From Lophium mytilinum (taxonomy: Eukaryota): 64,000 nucleotides of DNA. The stretch covers positions 1,278,323-1,342,322 of the forward strand of contig MU004194.1 in NCBI GenBank assembly GCA_010093605.1. The letters run 5' to 3'. The translations under genes and the position numbers were made by a program. Position 1 is the first letter of the stretch, and each line of letters starts with the position of its first letter. Shown here in pieces: positions 22,697-35,001 of the stretch. The notes under the pieces are model-generated. The model searched no databases and was not told the origin of the DNA. It saw only the letters and a program-made list of their open reading frames with translations.

Positions 22697-25600
22697 CTAC
22701 AGCTCATCATGTGCCTTCTTCTTTGCACCAGCAATAGCCTCTTCTATTTCCTCCATCGTAGCACCTGGCTCCAGCTTGATCTTTCTTGCTTGTTGCCCTT
22801 CCGCCTTCACATCTTCTTCCTCCTCAGCTTTCTCTCCCCTTTTCGACTTCTTCTTGGCCGCCTTCTTCGGCTTCTTCGTCGCCTTGGGTTTGAACGTCTT
22901 GCTCTTAGTCGGCATGCGCATCTTCCTCTGGACCATCTCCATGAGTGCGCTGTTAAGCTTTCGGGATTGCTCTTCCAGCTCCTTGATCGTAAACGCTGCG
23001 TCTTGCGTCTCAGAGAGCTTGGCTTGTTCGGCCAATTTCTCGTCCAGCCACTTCTGCACCGATTCCGAGACGCTGGTGAGAACCTCCAAGTCATCTTCGG
23101 AGTAGACGGGCGGTTCGGGCACCTCGGACGGCTTGACTGCTTCAGACGACGCCGACTTCAGCATATCTTCCTCCTCAAGGTCGTCAAGGGGGTCAGTAGT
23201 GGCCGGTTCTTCTGCCGAGGCAGTAGAGCTGGCAGCTGCTTTGCTCGCTTCTTCGGCAGCCCGAGACGCCTTTGCGGCGCCTTCCTTGATGTCGTTGGCG
23301 ATGATGCCCGTAAAGCTTTTGACTTGATCGAGAGCTTCTTCAAGTGATTTGATGGCATCCGGCCGCCTGCGGGCCTCGTCGATTCGCTTTTGAACAGGGT
23401 CGACAATGTCCTTGAGGTCCTTCAGCTTAGCCTTCAGTGCCTCTTCGGTAGCGTCACGACCATCTCCGTAGATCCAATCGCTAGTAAAGCTGAGCTTGTC
23501 CTCGAGCGAGGATTTTTGCTCGGTCGTAGAGGCGGTAATGAAGTATTCGTTATCCAAAAGATCCCGTGCACGGTAGGTAAAAGCTTCCAATGAGTTGAGA
23601 ACTTCTTCGCGTCCACGTCGAGCTTTGTCTGAGGCATCAAAAGCAGCAAGTCTGCGAAATTAGTGGATGTTTGAATCTGGCGTCTTCGTCACTTAACGTA
23701 CCTGTCCTTCATGCGGTTGTATTCCTTCCGAGGGTATTTTTCATAGCCCTTTTGCGTGATATGGAAGGTGATGGCTGAAGTGACGGTCTTTTTCTTTCCT
23801 TCTGTGGGTTCTGGTGACTCTGACGCCGCGGATGCTGACGATGATTTTGAAGATGATTTTGAGGCTGATTTCGAAGCTGATTTCGAGGACGATGAAGTGG
23901 ACGAGGACTCCGTCGATGATGAAGCCTCTCCTTGAGGCGCTTCCTCGCCTTCTTTAAGGGGCTGTTGTTCTCCATCCTTAGCCCCGAAGCCGAAGAATCC
24001 TTTAACTCCTTCCATCACACCACCCTTGCCCGTATCCTCGGTTTCACAACTGACCCAGCCTCCAACAACCTCAGGAATTCCAGTCACAGGACTCAGTCGT
24101 ACAGAGAACTTAGTGTTGACGGTTTCGCGATCACATCCTTCCTTGTCGATCAAGTTACTGACAACTTTGGTCAAATTCCCAGTCGTAACATGAATGACCG
24201 GTTGTTGTGTAAGCTCCTTTCCATCTGATGGGATGCCTTGGTGTAGAGTAAACTCAAACTCGCCCATCATCTTGAATGGAATATCCTTGGTTGTTCCGAC
24301 CGGCGAGGTAGACGTGAAAAGCTTCTGAAATCGGTCTTTGAGATTCCAAGTATACTGCACACCAACTTGATAGCCTTGAGTATCAACGTCCCGAATCTCC
24401 TTGACTCTGAAACTTGGGCTCAGTCCAGCGGCCTTGAAAGCAGCACCAAAAACAGCTGACTCATCGGCGTTGACGTTGCTCTTAAGCTTGGCTGCTCCAA
24501 TCAGAGATTCAAGCCGCTTTTGAATGAACGGAGTTCGAACAGCGCCACCATGGAGAATGACAGAGTCCAATTCAGACACTGTTAGGCCAGCTGCAGCTAG
24601 AGCTTGCGTAATAGGTCCATCAACACGGGAAGCAAAGTCTGTAGTCAATTCTTCAAACTTCGTCCGGGCGATCTTGTACTTGAAGTCGACATCCTCGTAG
24701 AGTCCTTCGAAGCTTGCCCCGGTATTGGAATTCGCGCTCAAAACTTGTCGGACCTTCTCCGCCTCTTTCAGCAGCTTCGAAGCTGTCCTGCCGTGGGCTT
24801 TGACATCCACAGCTGCAACACCAACTTTCTTTGCGCCAGAGCTTTCAACAAACTGCTGCACCATATCGTCCATGACGATACCGTTCAGTGAGTCTCCGCC
24901 CAAGGCCCGGTCCCAGCCCGTACCGAGTACAATGACCTCTTGAATCGTCTTGTTGAACCTTCCCACATCCTTGACCGTCCTTCCCTGGAACTTCAAGACA
25001 GTCGCCTTGGTAGATCCAGCGCCCATATCAAAGACCATATGATATTCTGCCTTTCCTCCTTCACTAATACTCGGGAATGTCCTTGAGGTCGCGTATTGTA
25101 TGCCAACTGCTAGCCCATCAGATACCATGCCCAGCACCTTCAGCCCAGCCAGGTTGGCCGCGGCCTCCAGCGCCCTCTTCTCATCCGCGGTGTAGAACGG
25201 CGGGATCGTGAACACGACCTCCGACACGTCGTTTCCCTTGCCTGCCATTGCTACAGCGTTATCCCGCACATTCTGCAGCTCCATTGCCAGCAATTCCTCA
25301 ACGGAAAACGGCAGCTCATCTTGGGGCAGAGTCCCGCTCTTAAACGCAATAGTGGGTCGTCCGTCCACTCCCACAACCTGCAATGCCGGATGCCTGTCCT
25401 TATATTCTGTGACTACGCTCGGGTCTTCGAGGGGTACACCGAGAAGGGTCTTCAGATTTGGGTAGACGTCGCCTGGGAATCGCGCCGCGAGGGCGAGGGC
25501 ATCACCGCCATAGAATCGTTCGGGGAAGCTGCCGGCCTGGTGACCAGCTCTCGAAGGTTTGAATGCGACGGCGGAGGCCTCTTTGCGTTTTGAGTCCTTT

Positions 25601-25779
25601 GTCAGTACGATATCGAGAGGGATACCAGGTTTAACGAGGGCCGCTTTGATGTATTCTGTGCCAATGTCTACACCGAGGACAGCTGAGGCAGCGGAGGCTG
25701 TGCTGGAGAGAAGCAATAGTAGGCCGAAGACGATGGTCAACGGAGAGAGGAGGAGTCGTCGGCGACCGGGTGGTGCCAT
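22697..25779 (-). CDS. LHS1: ER lumenal Hsp70-family chaperone/nucleotide exchange factor (Grp170/Lhs1)
   Basis: Signal peptide, VLGVDIGTEYIKAALVKPGIPLDIVL, FDMGAGST, NVNADESAVFGA; intron 23652-23701; C-terminal HDEL. Confidence 0.95.
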
Positions 25780-26366
25780 TGTGGATTGAAGCTGTGGAGG
25801 GGGCCGGGGGAGCTTCAATCAATAAAAAAGGCGAGATGACGATGTGGCCAGAAGCGAGGGGTTCTTTGATGCGCCAAAACACCAAGGAAAAGATTCAGAG
25901 GTGCTTTAGGTGAAGAAATAGAAAGAAGAGAAGAGAGCATGAGTCCTCTAAGTCTTGTAGGCGAGAATGGACATCGATGTTGTCCTAGCGGTGTTAAATC
26001 AGCAGCATTCAAGTGAACACCGTGGCGTTTTGCATTGAGGCCACCTTTGATGCCGCGAACCGCCCCATGAACAATTGGATCTTCCTCCACGCGCGGGAAA
26101 ACATATGAGGTCCTCTGAGCTTATTCTAGCTAGAAGCACCCTTTAAATTGAACTGCTATCTATATTGGGTGATCACAAACTGGGCACTTTGCCTAAGAGA
26201 CGGACGCATGTGATTGGTCGGATATATTCACCATTTTGTACGCTTCCAACGCTGGATTAAACTACATAGCTTGACACAAGCACTTTTTCTTAGTTCATTT
26301 TGTTACATAACGCAGGCTTATACAGACGACCTCCGAAGCTCCACCAGAATTGATACTCTCAGTGGT

Positions 26367-27673
26367 CTAGATACCCCGATTGAATTCGACCATTCCGTCC
26401 TTCCCAGCACGCTCCCAGAACTCCGGTTCCAATGTCTTCGCACTCACTGCCTGGCGCTGAGGGAAGGCACCGAGAGCTAGAGGAAGCGCGAATATAGATG
26501 TTGCAAAAATTAGTCCTAATGGTAGATGTTAGTATACCGTGCACTGTTGGCGTCTTCAGGAATTCGTTCACTTACCGACATTCAAGGGCATTACCATCCT
26601 TGGCCTCTGTTTCAGCCAGTTTGTACGCTGTAGTCTGACTAAGACAAGAGGCGGTAGTACCATAATCGGTGTAGCGTTCAAGACTCGACTTAACGCCGTC
26701 TCTCCCACAGCCAATTTAGCGGCAGATTTGCTCTTTCCCAAGCTCTTGATCTCCAGGCTCCCATCCTCCACCTTCCTCTTTTCTTCCTCGCTAAGCACGG
26801 GGAATACATCGATGCCTTGTCTGATCTCCTCGCCGCGCATGAGGAACACATTCAAGGCACCTGCACTAGCCACCGCCGCAAATGGCACGAGGCGCCCCAG
26901 TGTTATCTTAGCTGCTGGCGAGAGACGCTTCAGACGCGGTACGAGAGCGTTTAGGCCCAGAGCAACCGTACATGACGCACCAACAGCCATGAAGTATGAT
27001 TGTATGAGGGTCGACGTGGAGAGAGCCGTGGATTTGTTCGCATTGGCATTATTGATGGCCACATTGAGGGATTGATTAGTGATCTGCCATCCTAATATAC
27101 CTGCAGTCTATGGTTTAGTTAGTATCGAAAGTCTCCCTGCGACGTGTTGGGTTGCTTACCCCAAGCCCAGGCGTGAGCATACCCGCCGTCACCACCAAGT
27201 TGGAAATAACAAAGCAGGACATGCGAAATGGGAGGAAAACTGGCTTTCCGGTGTCTTTTGAATAGTCAGATTCTAGCCTTTGTGTTGATCGTATGACTCC
27301 TACCCGGATGGAGTGTAGAATCCACGATCTTCTTCGCGGTCCACAGCTCCGGCGTCATCTCCTTGATCTCGCCCTGCTTATACAATGTGACCAACTTCTT
27401 CGCATGATCAAGACCGGTTGGGGATGTCAGGAGAGTCCTGTATCATGTAAAGTTAGCTCAAGCTCTCCACGCGCAAAACATTGGAATTGAAGCATGACGC
27501 GCATTCAATGGTAGTGGTACTCACCACACCAGGACAAAGCAAGGAGATATCTACAAGCAGCTTCCTCACCTAGGGTCTGAGATTCCTGCGGAGTGTTTGA
27601 CCCGCCCCCAGTATGTACTGAGGTCATACTGGGAAGCGGGCAAGTCGCGATTTCCGGGTAATGCAGAGGACAT
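26367..27673 (-). CDS. FSF1: Mitochondrial sideroflexin
   Basis: MSSALPG...YDLSTYWGRVKHSAGISDPR, LHPD, NQSLNVAINNANAN, RLVPFAAVASAGALNVFLMR, LALGAFPQ...VEFNRGI*; several GT-AG introns. Confidence 0.93.
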
Positions 27674-28130
27674 TGCAAGAGCTTCGGCGGTAACGAGGGG
27701 AGAGTGGAGAGTGGAGAGTGAAGTTTGGTCAATTGACAAGAAGCATGCTTTATTAGGAAGTAGAGCCCATGGTTGAAGCACAAAGCTTTCGTTTGCAGAC
27801 GACAAGCTGGCCGGCTAGATGGTGTCGTAGCTGGCCGGCGGGCGGAGGTGAGCTTAGGACGATATCGGCACCTTTTTAGCGGTGTGACAGCTTTCGGCAT
27901 GCGTCGGCTGTTCCTGTTTCGGCTCAACCACTTCTATTTCCTTCAATACTTTGAGCCTCTCTAACTTATTATGAGACAGTATATCTTTTTCGTTGTACGG
28001 AACTCAGAATTCAGTTTATTCGAATAGTATGCATAGCTTTTGCTGAGGTACCTTTGTATAAACAAACAGATATTCTACCATAACCAAACGAGCCTCCCCT
28101 GGCTTTAGCATCCGCAAGATCTGATATCAT

Positions 28131-28169
28131 CCTGTGATCTTTGCATTCCTGACCTTCGGTGGTGCTTTA
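28131..28169 (-). repeat. Inverted 39-bp copy of part of the tRNA-Thr gene (canonical intron plus 3' exon start)
   Basis: Reverse complement matches 29433-29471 at 37/39. Confidence 0.9.
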
Positions 28170-29286
28170 ACACGCCCTCTTGACTTTATATGGAAGATAC
28201 TGCAGTGTAAAGTAGCGGAGCCAGTGTAAGAACTCTTCGAAGTGTTGAAATTCTAGCTTAATCGGAGTCTCAAAAGTGTTCGAAGCACCGATGGCAGTAG
28301 CAGTACACAGACTAATGACAGCAAGCTGATTTAGCCATGTGATGGCGCAGATAGAGCAAACGGTCTGCACCGTGTCACTGAAGCGCTCGATTGCTTTCAA
28401 AATGGTGGTCCACGGCACTACTTACAATGCCAGCGCTGCTCTCTGTAGTTTGCATCTGACTCTTGTACGCAGCTATCAGTTGACAGGTTTTTAAGATGCC
28501 TATTCAGAAGTCTCTGCACTATCTTGCCGACGTCTGTGGTACCGTGGCACACTTTCAAGGATCAGAATGAGATAGACATGAATCCCTCTGAAGAGCCTGT
28601 AAACTTGCTGAGCCACCTAAGACGGTCGTAACCCAGGATAGCAAGTACCGATTTCTAGATTGTCTCAAATGTGCGATAGACAGTGATGGAAGAGTGCGCA
28701 ACTGATAAAGAGAGATTGAAGAAGATTACACAGGTGTGTACGCGTGTATGCCACTGCTTGGGGTGCTCCAATACATTTTAGGACATCTAAACGGGATAGA
28801 AGCTCTTCCCTTTGCGCTCCGTGAAAACTCATGGGGACACTTCAAACAGTGGTAAATAAGTGCATTTAAGAGACAGCGTAGTAGTTGAGTGTCAATACAC
28901 GAGTTCGTGAGGTGTGCTATTTCTGTGTACGCTTGTTTAGCACCACTTGAGGTTCTCCAGTACACCATTTCTATTCATGGAATACCAAATTTGGCAAGGC
29001 TGATAGCTCTCCGGACCACCTCAGACGGTGTTGACCTGCGTGGTGGCTGGGAGAGGCCTGCGGCCTTTCACAGCACGTGATAACGCTGTTCGACCGATCT
29101 TCCAACATTTCAAGCCAAAAATTTAGGACTTGATACATTCGATGGATGCAAAGATAATCCAAAGGGTCGATAGCATGTCAGAGCGAAATTCTTTGAGAAG
29201 TTTTGAAGTGACGTGGCACCATACCCCGCTTGTGCCCCACCTGGTGTAGAGTTAATAAGGCGAATAATTTTTGGTCTTGCCCAAAA

Positions 29287-29491
29287 GCCTGCATGGCGCA
29301 GGTAAGCAATATGCAATTCTCACATAGTGGTGCAATGGCTAATTCATACTAGTGGTAACGGTAAGCTCCAGTAACAGTCACTGCAAACTTCATGGGTTGA
29401 TTTTCGATAGCGTTGCACTTGTATCAAGGCGGTAAAGCACCACCGAAGGTCAGGGATGCAAAGATCACTGGTTCAATTCCAGTTGTAGGCA
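29287..29491 (+). tRNA. tRNA-Thr(TGT): tRNA-Thr(UGU) in four exons: two spliceosomal-type introns plus one canonical tRNA intron
   Basis: Exons 29287-29301, 29353-29360, 29411-29423 and 29456-29491 join to GCCTGCATGGCGCAGTGGTAACGCGTTGCACTTGTAATGCAAAGATCACTGGTTCAATTCCAGTTGTAGGCA (72 nt): acceptor stem GCCTGCA/TGTAGGC, anticodon stem TTGCA/TGCAA, loop CTTGTAA, T arm ACTGG-TTCAATT-CCAGT. Confidence 0.88.
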
Positions 29492-29495
29492 CTTC

Positions 29496-29511
29496 TTTTT
29501 GCATTCTTTTT
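29496..29511 (+). terminator. Pol III oligo-T terminator(s) of tRNA-Thr
   Basis: T5 runs at 29496-29500 and 29507-29511 just after discriminator A73. Confidence 0.7.
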
Positions 29512-30355
29512 GGTCCTTGAATGGTATAGGGTGGGTCCTTACGTGGTATAGGGTGGTGGTTGGATGGGCGGGGCCCTAGGATTCAAGACTGGCACACCAC
29601 TTCAAAATTGTGCAACAACCACAACACCAACGCTTCAAGGAACACCCGATTTATCATCGCTAACCATCGAAGTGTTTGTTATTAACATGTTAGAGTCTTC
29701 TACAGAGATTTAGATTTACTATGCCCTTACGATGCCCGCCTTAGGTACACAGTGACAGGCCACAAGTACGTACACTGGTACGCCGCTGCTTGGGATGCCC
29801 CCACAGAGTTTCCAGGACTTTAAGGGGGATGTCAAGCTTTAAGCAGTTCATATTAGAGTTTCTCATAATCAACTAGATGTGCAGTAACCAGAGTACCCCC
29901 AATAGTAGTTTCAAGTAAGCAAAGTTGGAGCAAGGCAGAAATGGTTTCAGGTGAGCGGACTTATGGCCCAGTGCAGTCGATGTCGAGGTTCGAGCAGTAC
30001 ATGTTAGACTGCCTTGTGACATATCGCCTGTTCAGCGGCCAGGTTACCCCTAACAGTGGTATTGAGTGGGCAAGTTGGAGTCTGCCAGAGCTGTAATGAA
30101 TCCGTGTGCCCAGACTTGTGGCCTAGGACTGTATAGTATTAGTACATGGCATCGACAATCTCCAACTACTTACTGCATGTCGGAGTTTAGGTCTATTGCG
30201 CTAGATTCAAGCACGTCCTATCGATCTTTGCGGCATATCCGTATCCTATTGGTTCTTCTACTCACTGGCCTTAGTTTTTAACAGTACGTCGAAGCGCCTC
30301 AAACAACGGTAGGGAAGTGGACGGATCTCCATGGCAAGACACAGTATTGAATACA

Positions 30356-33218
30356 TTATACAGGGCTTTCCAAGCCTTCTTGACACGTGCGAGATCCAGT
30401 GTTACATCCCAATGTGAGCGAATGTGAACTGTCTCCAATCCAAAGAGTGTAGTCCCCGCCTACACCAGCAACAAGCCAGTTTTGCATAACTGCATCCCAA
30501 ACACTCAAGTCCTTTCTTGTTACGCTCAGGTTTAGTACTTCACTTTCGCCAGGTCCCAGAGTACTAGTTTTCTCGAAATCTCTGAGCTGGATGATTGGAG
30601 TATCGTAGGCAATGCCCTCTGGGAACTGCACATACAACTGTGCGACAGCCTTGCCGGTGTGGTTTCCAGTGTTGGTCACAGTGACAGAAACGTTGTAAGC
30701 AACATCCCAAAGCGCAGGATTGCCCCCCTGAGCACCTCCCGCAGCTGGTCCTGGCTTTTGAACGGTACTATAGCCAGCGGGGTAGGAATATTTGGTAGTA
30801 TTCGCTGATTTCGCTGCGGCATCGGCGTCAGACTTCTCCAGCCATGAATAGAGGTAGCGCCAAATGCGGTTGAAGTTCGATGGCCAATATGCTTCTGAAG
30901 CCGGAGGAATTGCCATGGAGTAGACCGGCGGAGATCCTTTCGAGGGCCTGTCAGGTGGTAGAGATGACATTGGCGTGATGGCAGTAACAGTAGCATTTGT
31001 GAAGGCGAATGTGGTGTAGCTCATACCATAGCCAAAGGCGTAGCGTGGTTTGATGCCTTCTTTGTTGAAGTGCCGGTAATCAATATAAAGACCTTCGGTG
31101 AACGTATCTTGCGGCTGTCCCAGCTCGAATTCAAGAAGACTGACGCTTTCCGGGTATTCGGACTCGGTATGGGGAATTGTATAGGGCCTTGCTGTGTCAG
31201 CATATTGGTGGTATACGACGACATAATGAACACGAGCTTCTTACAGATGGCCGCTTGGTGAGACTTCACCGAAGAGGATGGAAGTGAGAGACTGTCCAGC
31301 TTCCTGACCGGGAAGGTGAGCGAATAGTACAGACTTCACCGATGGAAGATCTATCCATTCTTCCAGGAGTATTGGCCCCACTGTATGTACTATAACAATG
31401 ACGGTGTCGTAGACCGCTGCGGCACTTTTAACAAGATCGTCGCCACTATGCCAGGCGTGCAGACCGGCACTAGTACGATCACCGGGGTTGTTCTCGACTG
31501 TGATGTAGTTCTCTCCGCTATCAGCGTTGATAAACACGAGTGCTATGTCTCCAGCGGCAGCCTTTGCGCTCGATGGAAAGGAATCCGTGTTGTAGAATAC
31601 GAAATTACTTGTCCTATTCGTGATGGCATCAGTCGGGGAGTCCAAATAGGGATATCTCGCACTCCCTGAGCCCCATCCCATTCCTAGGGTTCCTTTGTCA
31701 CAGCCTTGATCCGAGCAAGAATTAATTCCGTCCGGGTTTTTCTGCGCATCGGTCCCAAATATCTTGAGTGTTGAGTTTGCTTTCAGAGGTAAGGTACTAT
31801 TTGTGTTCTTAAGCATGGTGATTGCATCTCTTGCGATGTCTCGGCAGATTACGGCATGACTTCCTTGGACGTCGACGAATTCGTTTACAACTCCGGATGG
31901 CGAGAACAGCGCACCTGGATATAGTGGCCCCATCGCATCGAGGGTATTCGTTGAGAAGTTCGGGTCCGGATAGTTTTCATCCTGTCCCATTTGGAACCAT
32001 GTGGCAAGTATCCTAGTGGCCATATCGTTGAGACGATCAACCGGCACTGACCCGTTTAATACTGCTCTGGAGAGTTCGTACATCCAGTAAGAGTCTCCCA
32101 ACAGTGGAACCAACCCATCGCCAGGCATGCTCATGTCAAGCCCTGCTAAGGCTGAAGGAACCCCGGAGATTTGAGCAAGCCAGTCAGACATGATGAACCC
32201 CTGAAATCCAAGTTCGTCTTTGAGAATGCCATTTATCAGATAGCTGTTCTGAGAGCACGCAGAGCCATTCACCTAGGATTATCAATTATGCTCATGCATC
32301 ATACATGTATAGAATTCACTCACCGCATTATATGCTGCCATCACAGATCCAACCCCAGCTTTGACGCCTTCCGCAAATGGCCACAGATAAAGTTCATGCA
32401 GAGTCCTGTCATCGCTGTTGGAGCTTATGCCTGGTTGTAACACGTTGTACATCCGGTACATTTCCTGCTCGTTGAGAATGAAATGCTTGATTGTAGCAAT
32501 TACGCCTTGCTCTTGTACACCCTTGATGGTCAATGCTCCCCCTACTGCTTGGAGCACCGGATCCGCACCAAAGCCTTCCCAATTTCTTCCTCCGCGGGGC
32601 TTTCTCCCCACAGGACCGACTGTAGGGCCAACTCGAAAGATGTCAATATGAATATTGTAGGATACCAGCGTACACACTTACGATGAATGTTGATTCCTTT
32701 ACCCCGAAACTCTTCCCCAATCGCCACTCCCCGAGCGTGCATCAAAGACTTGTCCCAAGTTGCCCCTACAGTGATTCCAGCAGGGAATGCTGTATTGTGG
32801 TCGGAGTTACGTATTCCAAGTGGAGAATCTTGCAGACATAATTGCGGCACACCAAGCCGAACAGCACTTCCAGTGTTCCCGACACACCTCCCTGAACCAG
32901 TTAGTCTAGTATCAACAGTACTCAAAGAATCGCTCGTATCCTACCCATGTCGTATCCTGATCCACACGTTATGTTTGTTTTCTCTGCCAATGTCATGTTA
33001 GCGACGAGCAACGCAGCTTTTCTGTAACTCTCGCTCCAATCTGCAACCCACCCTCCGTGAGGAGTAGGATAATACGGAGGCGCGACATAGCCATCAGGAA
33101 CAGCCAATCGCTTGCTGAAGCGAGTGTCATCGATTAGGGAAGCAAAAGCCAACGAGGTACATAAGGAAAGTATTGATACGACTTTAACAAGACGTGAGAT
33201 AATAACAAACGTAGACAT
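30356..33218 (-). CDS. Secreted GH3 beta-glucosidase
   Basis: Signal peptide; [47 protein letters not shown], nucleophile [15 protein letters not shown] fibronectin-like C-terminus; about 4 introns. Confidence 0.95.
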
Positions 33219-34059
33219 TATGATTGTACTCTTGAAAAAGGAATGAACGAAACGAACCGCGAGCTTGCCTCGATGCCTAAGACATTGCGCATCGCGTCGA
33301 GTAATAAAGAATGTGCCCTTGCCGCTCCGCAAGAGATTGGATTCGGACTCAGCCCATATTCGTCTAAGACCGATGACACCCTCCCCAGCATCTGATTCAA
33401 AGGTTAATATAGACTAGGAAAGCCATTTATGCGCGTGGGTGTAGTGACGTCCGCACGCGTTTTTGCCGAGGAATGAAGGACGATCAGGGGTTGGTCGGCA
33501 CGATAAAGGAGCTGACAGGGTGGAACCCTTGATTGGTTAATTAATTGATTCGGTGGCTTTGAACTTGGCCAGGCTGATCGGCGGCCGTCTTGCCATTCAG
33601 ACCTGTTTCCGAAGCTGTGTTGCGCATAGTAGGCAGGAAACTTGCAGCGGTTGATTACTTTTAAGAGTCAGTGGTGGCGATGCAGTCCAAGTAACCTTTG
33701 TAAAATAGTTTGGAGCTGCCTGAATAGAGAATGGCTAACAGCCAAGGCGCGCAAGAGACAGCTAGATCGTGAGCTTTTGAAGCCACATCATGGGGTTTTA
33801 CATAGCAATATGCAGCTCATAAGGGAACGTGGTACTGAAAACTGACGGTGTAGAGGGAAGATCCGTAGGTGGCCCACATCGTACTCTTGTAGCCTCGCTT
33901 TGATAGTCTAGACCTAGATAGTGCTAGTCAAATTATGGGCCCCTCTAAGGTTAGGGTAAATAGTGACCAGACTCCTTCAACCATCATCAGCACCCTCTTT
34001 ACCAGCCACCTCAGCTAGTGTATATAGCTAGCCGCTGTACTATCCTCACAACACGACTC

Positions 34060-35001
34060 TTACAACAAGCTTCTTGTCCTGAATTTTGACACATTCCACC
34101 CATCCGCTGTCCAACTCTGAGGCCTTTGACTTACACCTGCCTTCCAAGTCGCCAAAACAGCGCTCCAATACTCCTCCTCATGCCCTCTTACATGGCCACA
34201 GTGTGAGCTGGACTCAAAGACTAATTCTTCCACCTCTGGCCAACCCAGTGCGCGTGCTTCAAAGGCATGGTCATGGATATCTTTCCACCCGACCACCTCG
34301 TCCGATTTCGAGTAGATGTAACACCTAGAAGCCGAAGGACTGAATAGACTCTTGTTATGGAGACCCTTCCGAAGCCTCGTCACAAGCTGATCTTGCCCGG
34401 TAACAGTCTGGGCAATGGCGACAATGGCCATGACACTATACAGCACGACGGTTCCTATAGCCTGTACAAGCCATGATTTTGGAAGGCCGGACAATACTGC
34501 GCGCGCACTCCCTCTAATGGTGTCCTTCCCTGGAGCGCTGTCTACGATGATTGCGTTCACTGGTAGTGGGAACCCTTCCGCCTCCTTGAAGGCTTCCGCA
34601 ACTTGGAGGATTTGGTAGGCTCCTCCGTGGCTCATAGTATGAAGAAGGATCCAGGGCTTCCGGTTGGATGTCGAGTTGATTAAAGATTTTATGATCTTCG
34701 CAGCTGGCCCTACGCGTTTTCGTTGTGCTTTGGCTGAGTATATTATGACATCAGCCGGACCAGTAATGATGAGCACAATTTGCGCAAGCGGAAAGAGGGT
34801 CTTGAAGCCCGATGTGTACTTCAAGACGTGACGGGGTCCTGCTCCTAACCAGGTCGCGAGGAGGATCAGATCGGGTGGATCGTCAGAATTCCCATTGCTG
34901 GAGGTCGGAGCGATGGTGGCATCTGGGTCTGAGCTCGGTGTATACAAAAAGACAACGTCGGTCAGCCTTTCGAATCCCTCTGGAGCTTGGAAGGTAGGCA
35001 T
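34060..35001 (-). CDS. DUF829/TMEM53-like alpha/beta protein (PaxU-like)
   Basis: LILLATWLGA...LKY, LLHTMSHGG, IIVDSAPG, RCYIYSKSDEVV.WKDIHDHA, FESSSHCGH. Confidence 0.82.
   Translation of the reverse strand: MPTFQAPEGFERLTDVVFLYTPSSDPDATIAPTSSNGNSDDPPDLILLATWLGAGPRHVLKYTSGFKTLFPLAQIVLIITGPADVIIYSAKAQRKRVGPAAKIIKSLINSTSNRKPWILLHTMSHGGAYQILQVAEAFKEAEGFPLPVNAIIVDSAPGKDTIRGSARAVLSGLPKSWLVQAIGTVVLYSVMAIVAIAQTVTGQDQLVTRLRKGLHNKSLFSPSASRCYIYSKSDEVVGWKDIHDHAFEARALGWPEVEELVFESSSHCGHVRGHEEEYWSAVLATWKAGVSQRPQSWTADGWNVSKFRTRSLL

Noticed and set aside
29522..29556. Direct repeat TGGTATAGGGTGG downstream of the tRNA
   Set aside because: Only two 13-bp copies with no supporting context.
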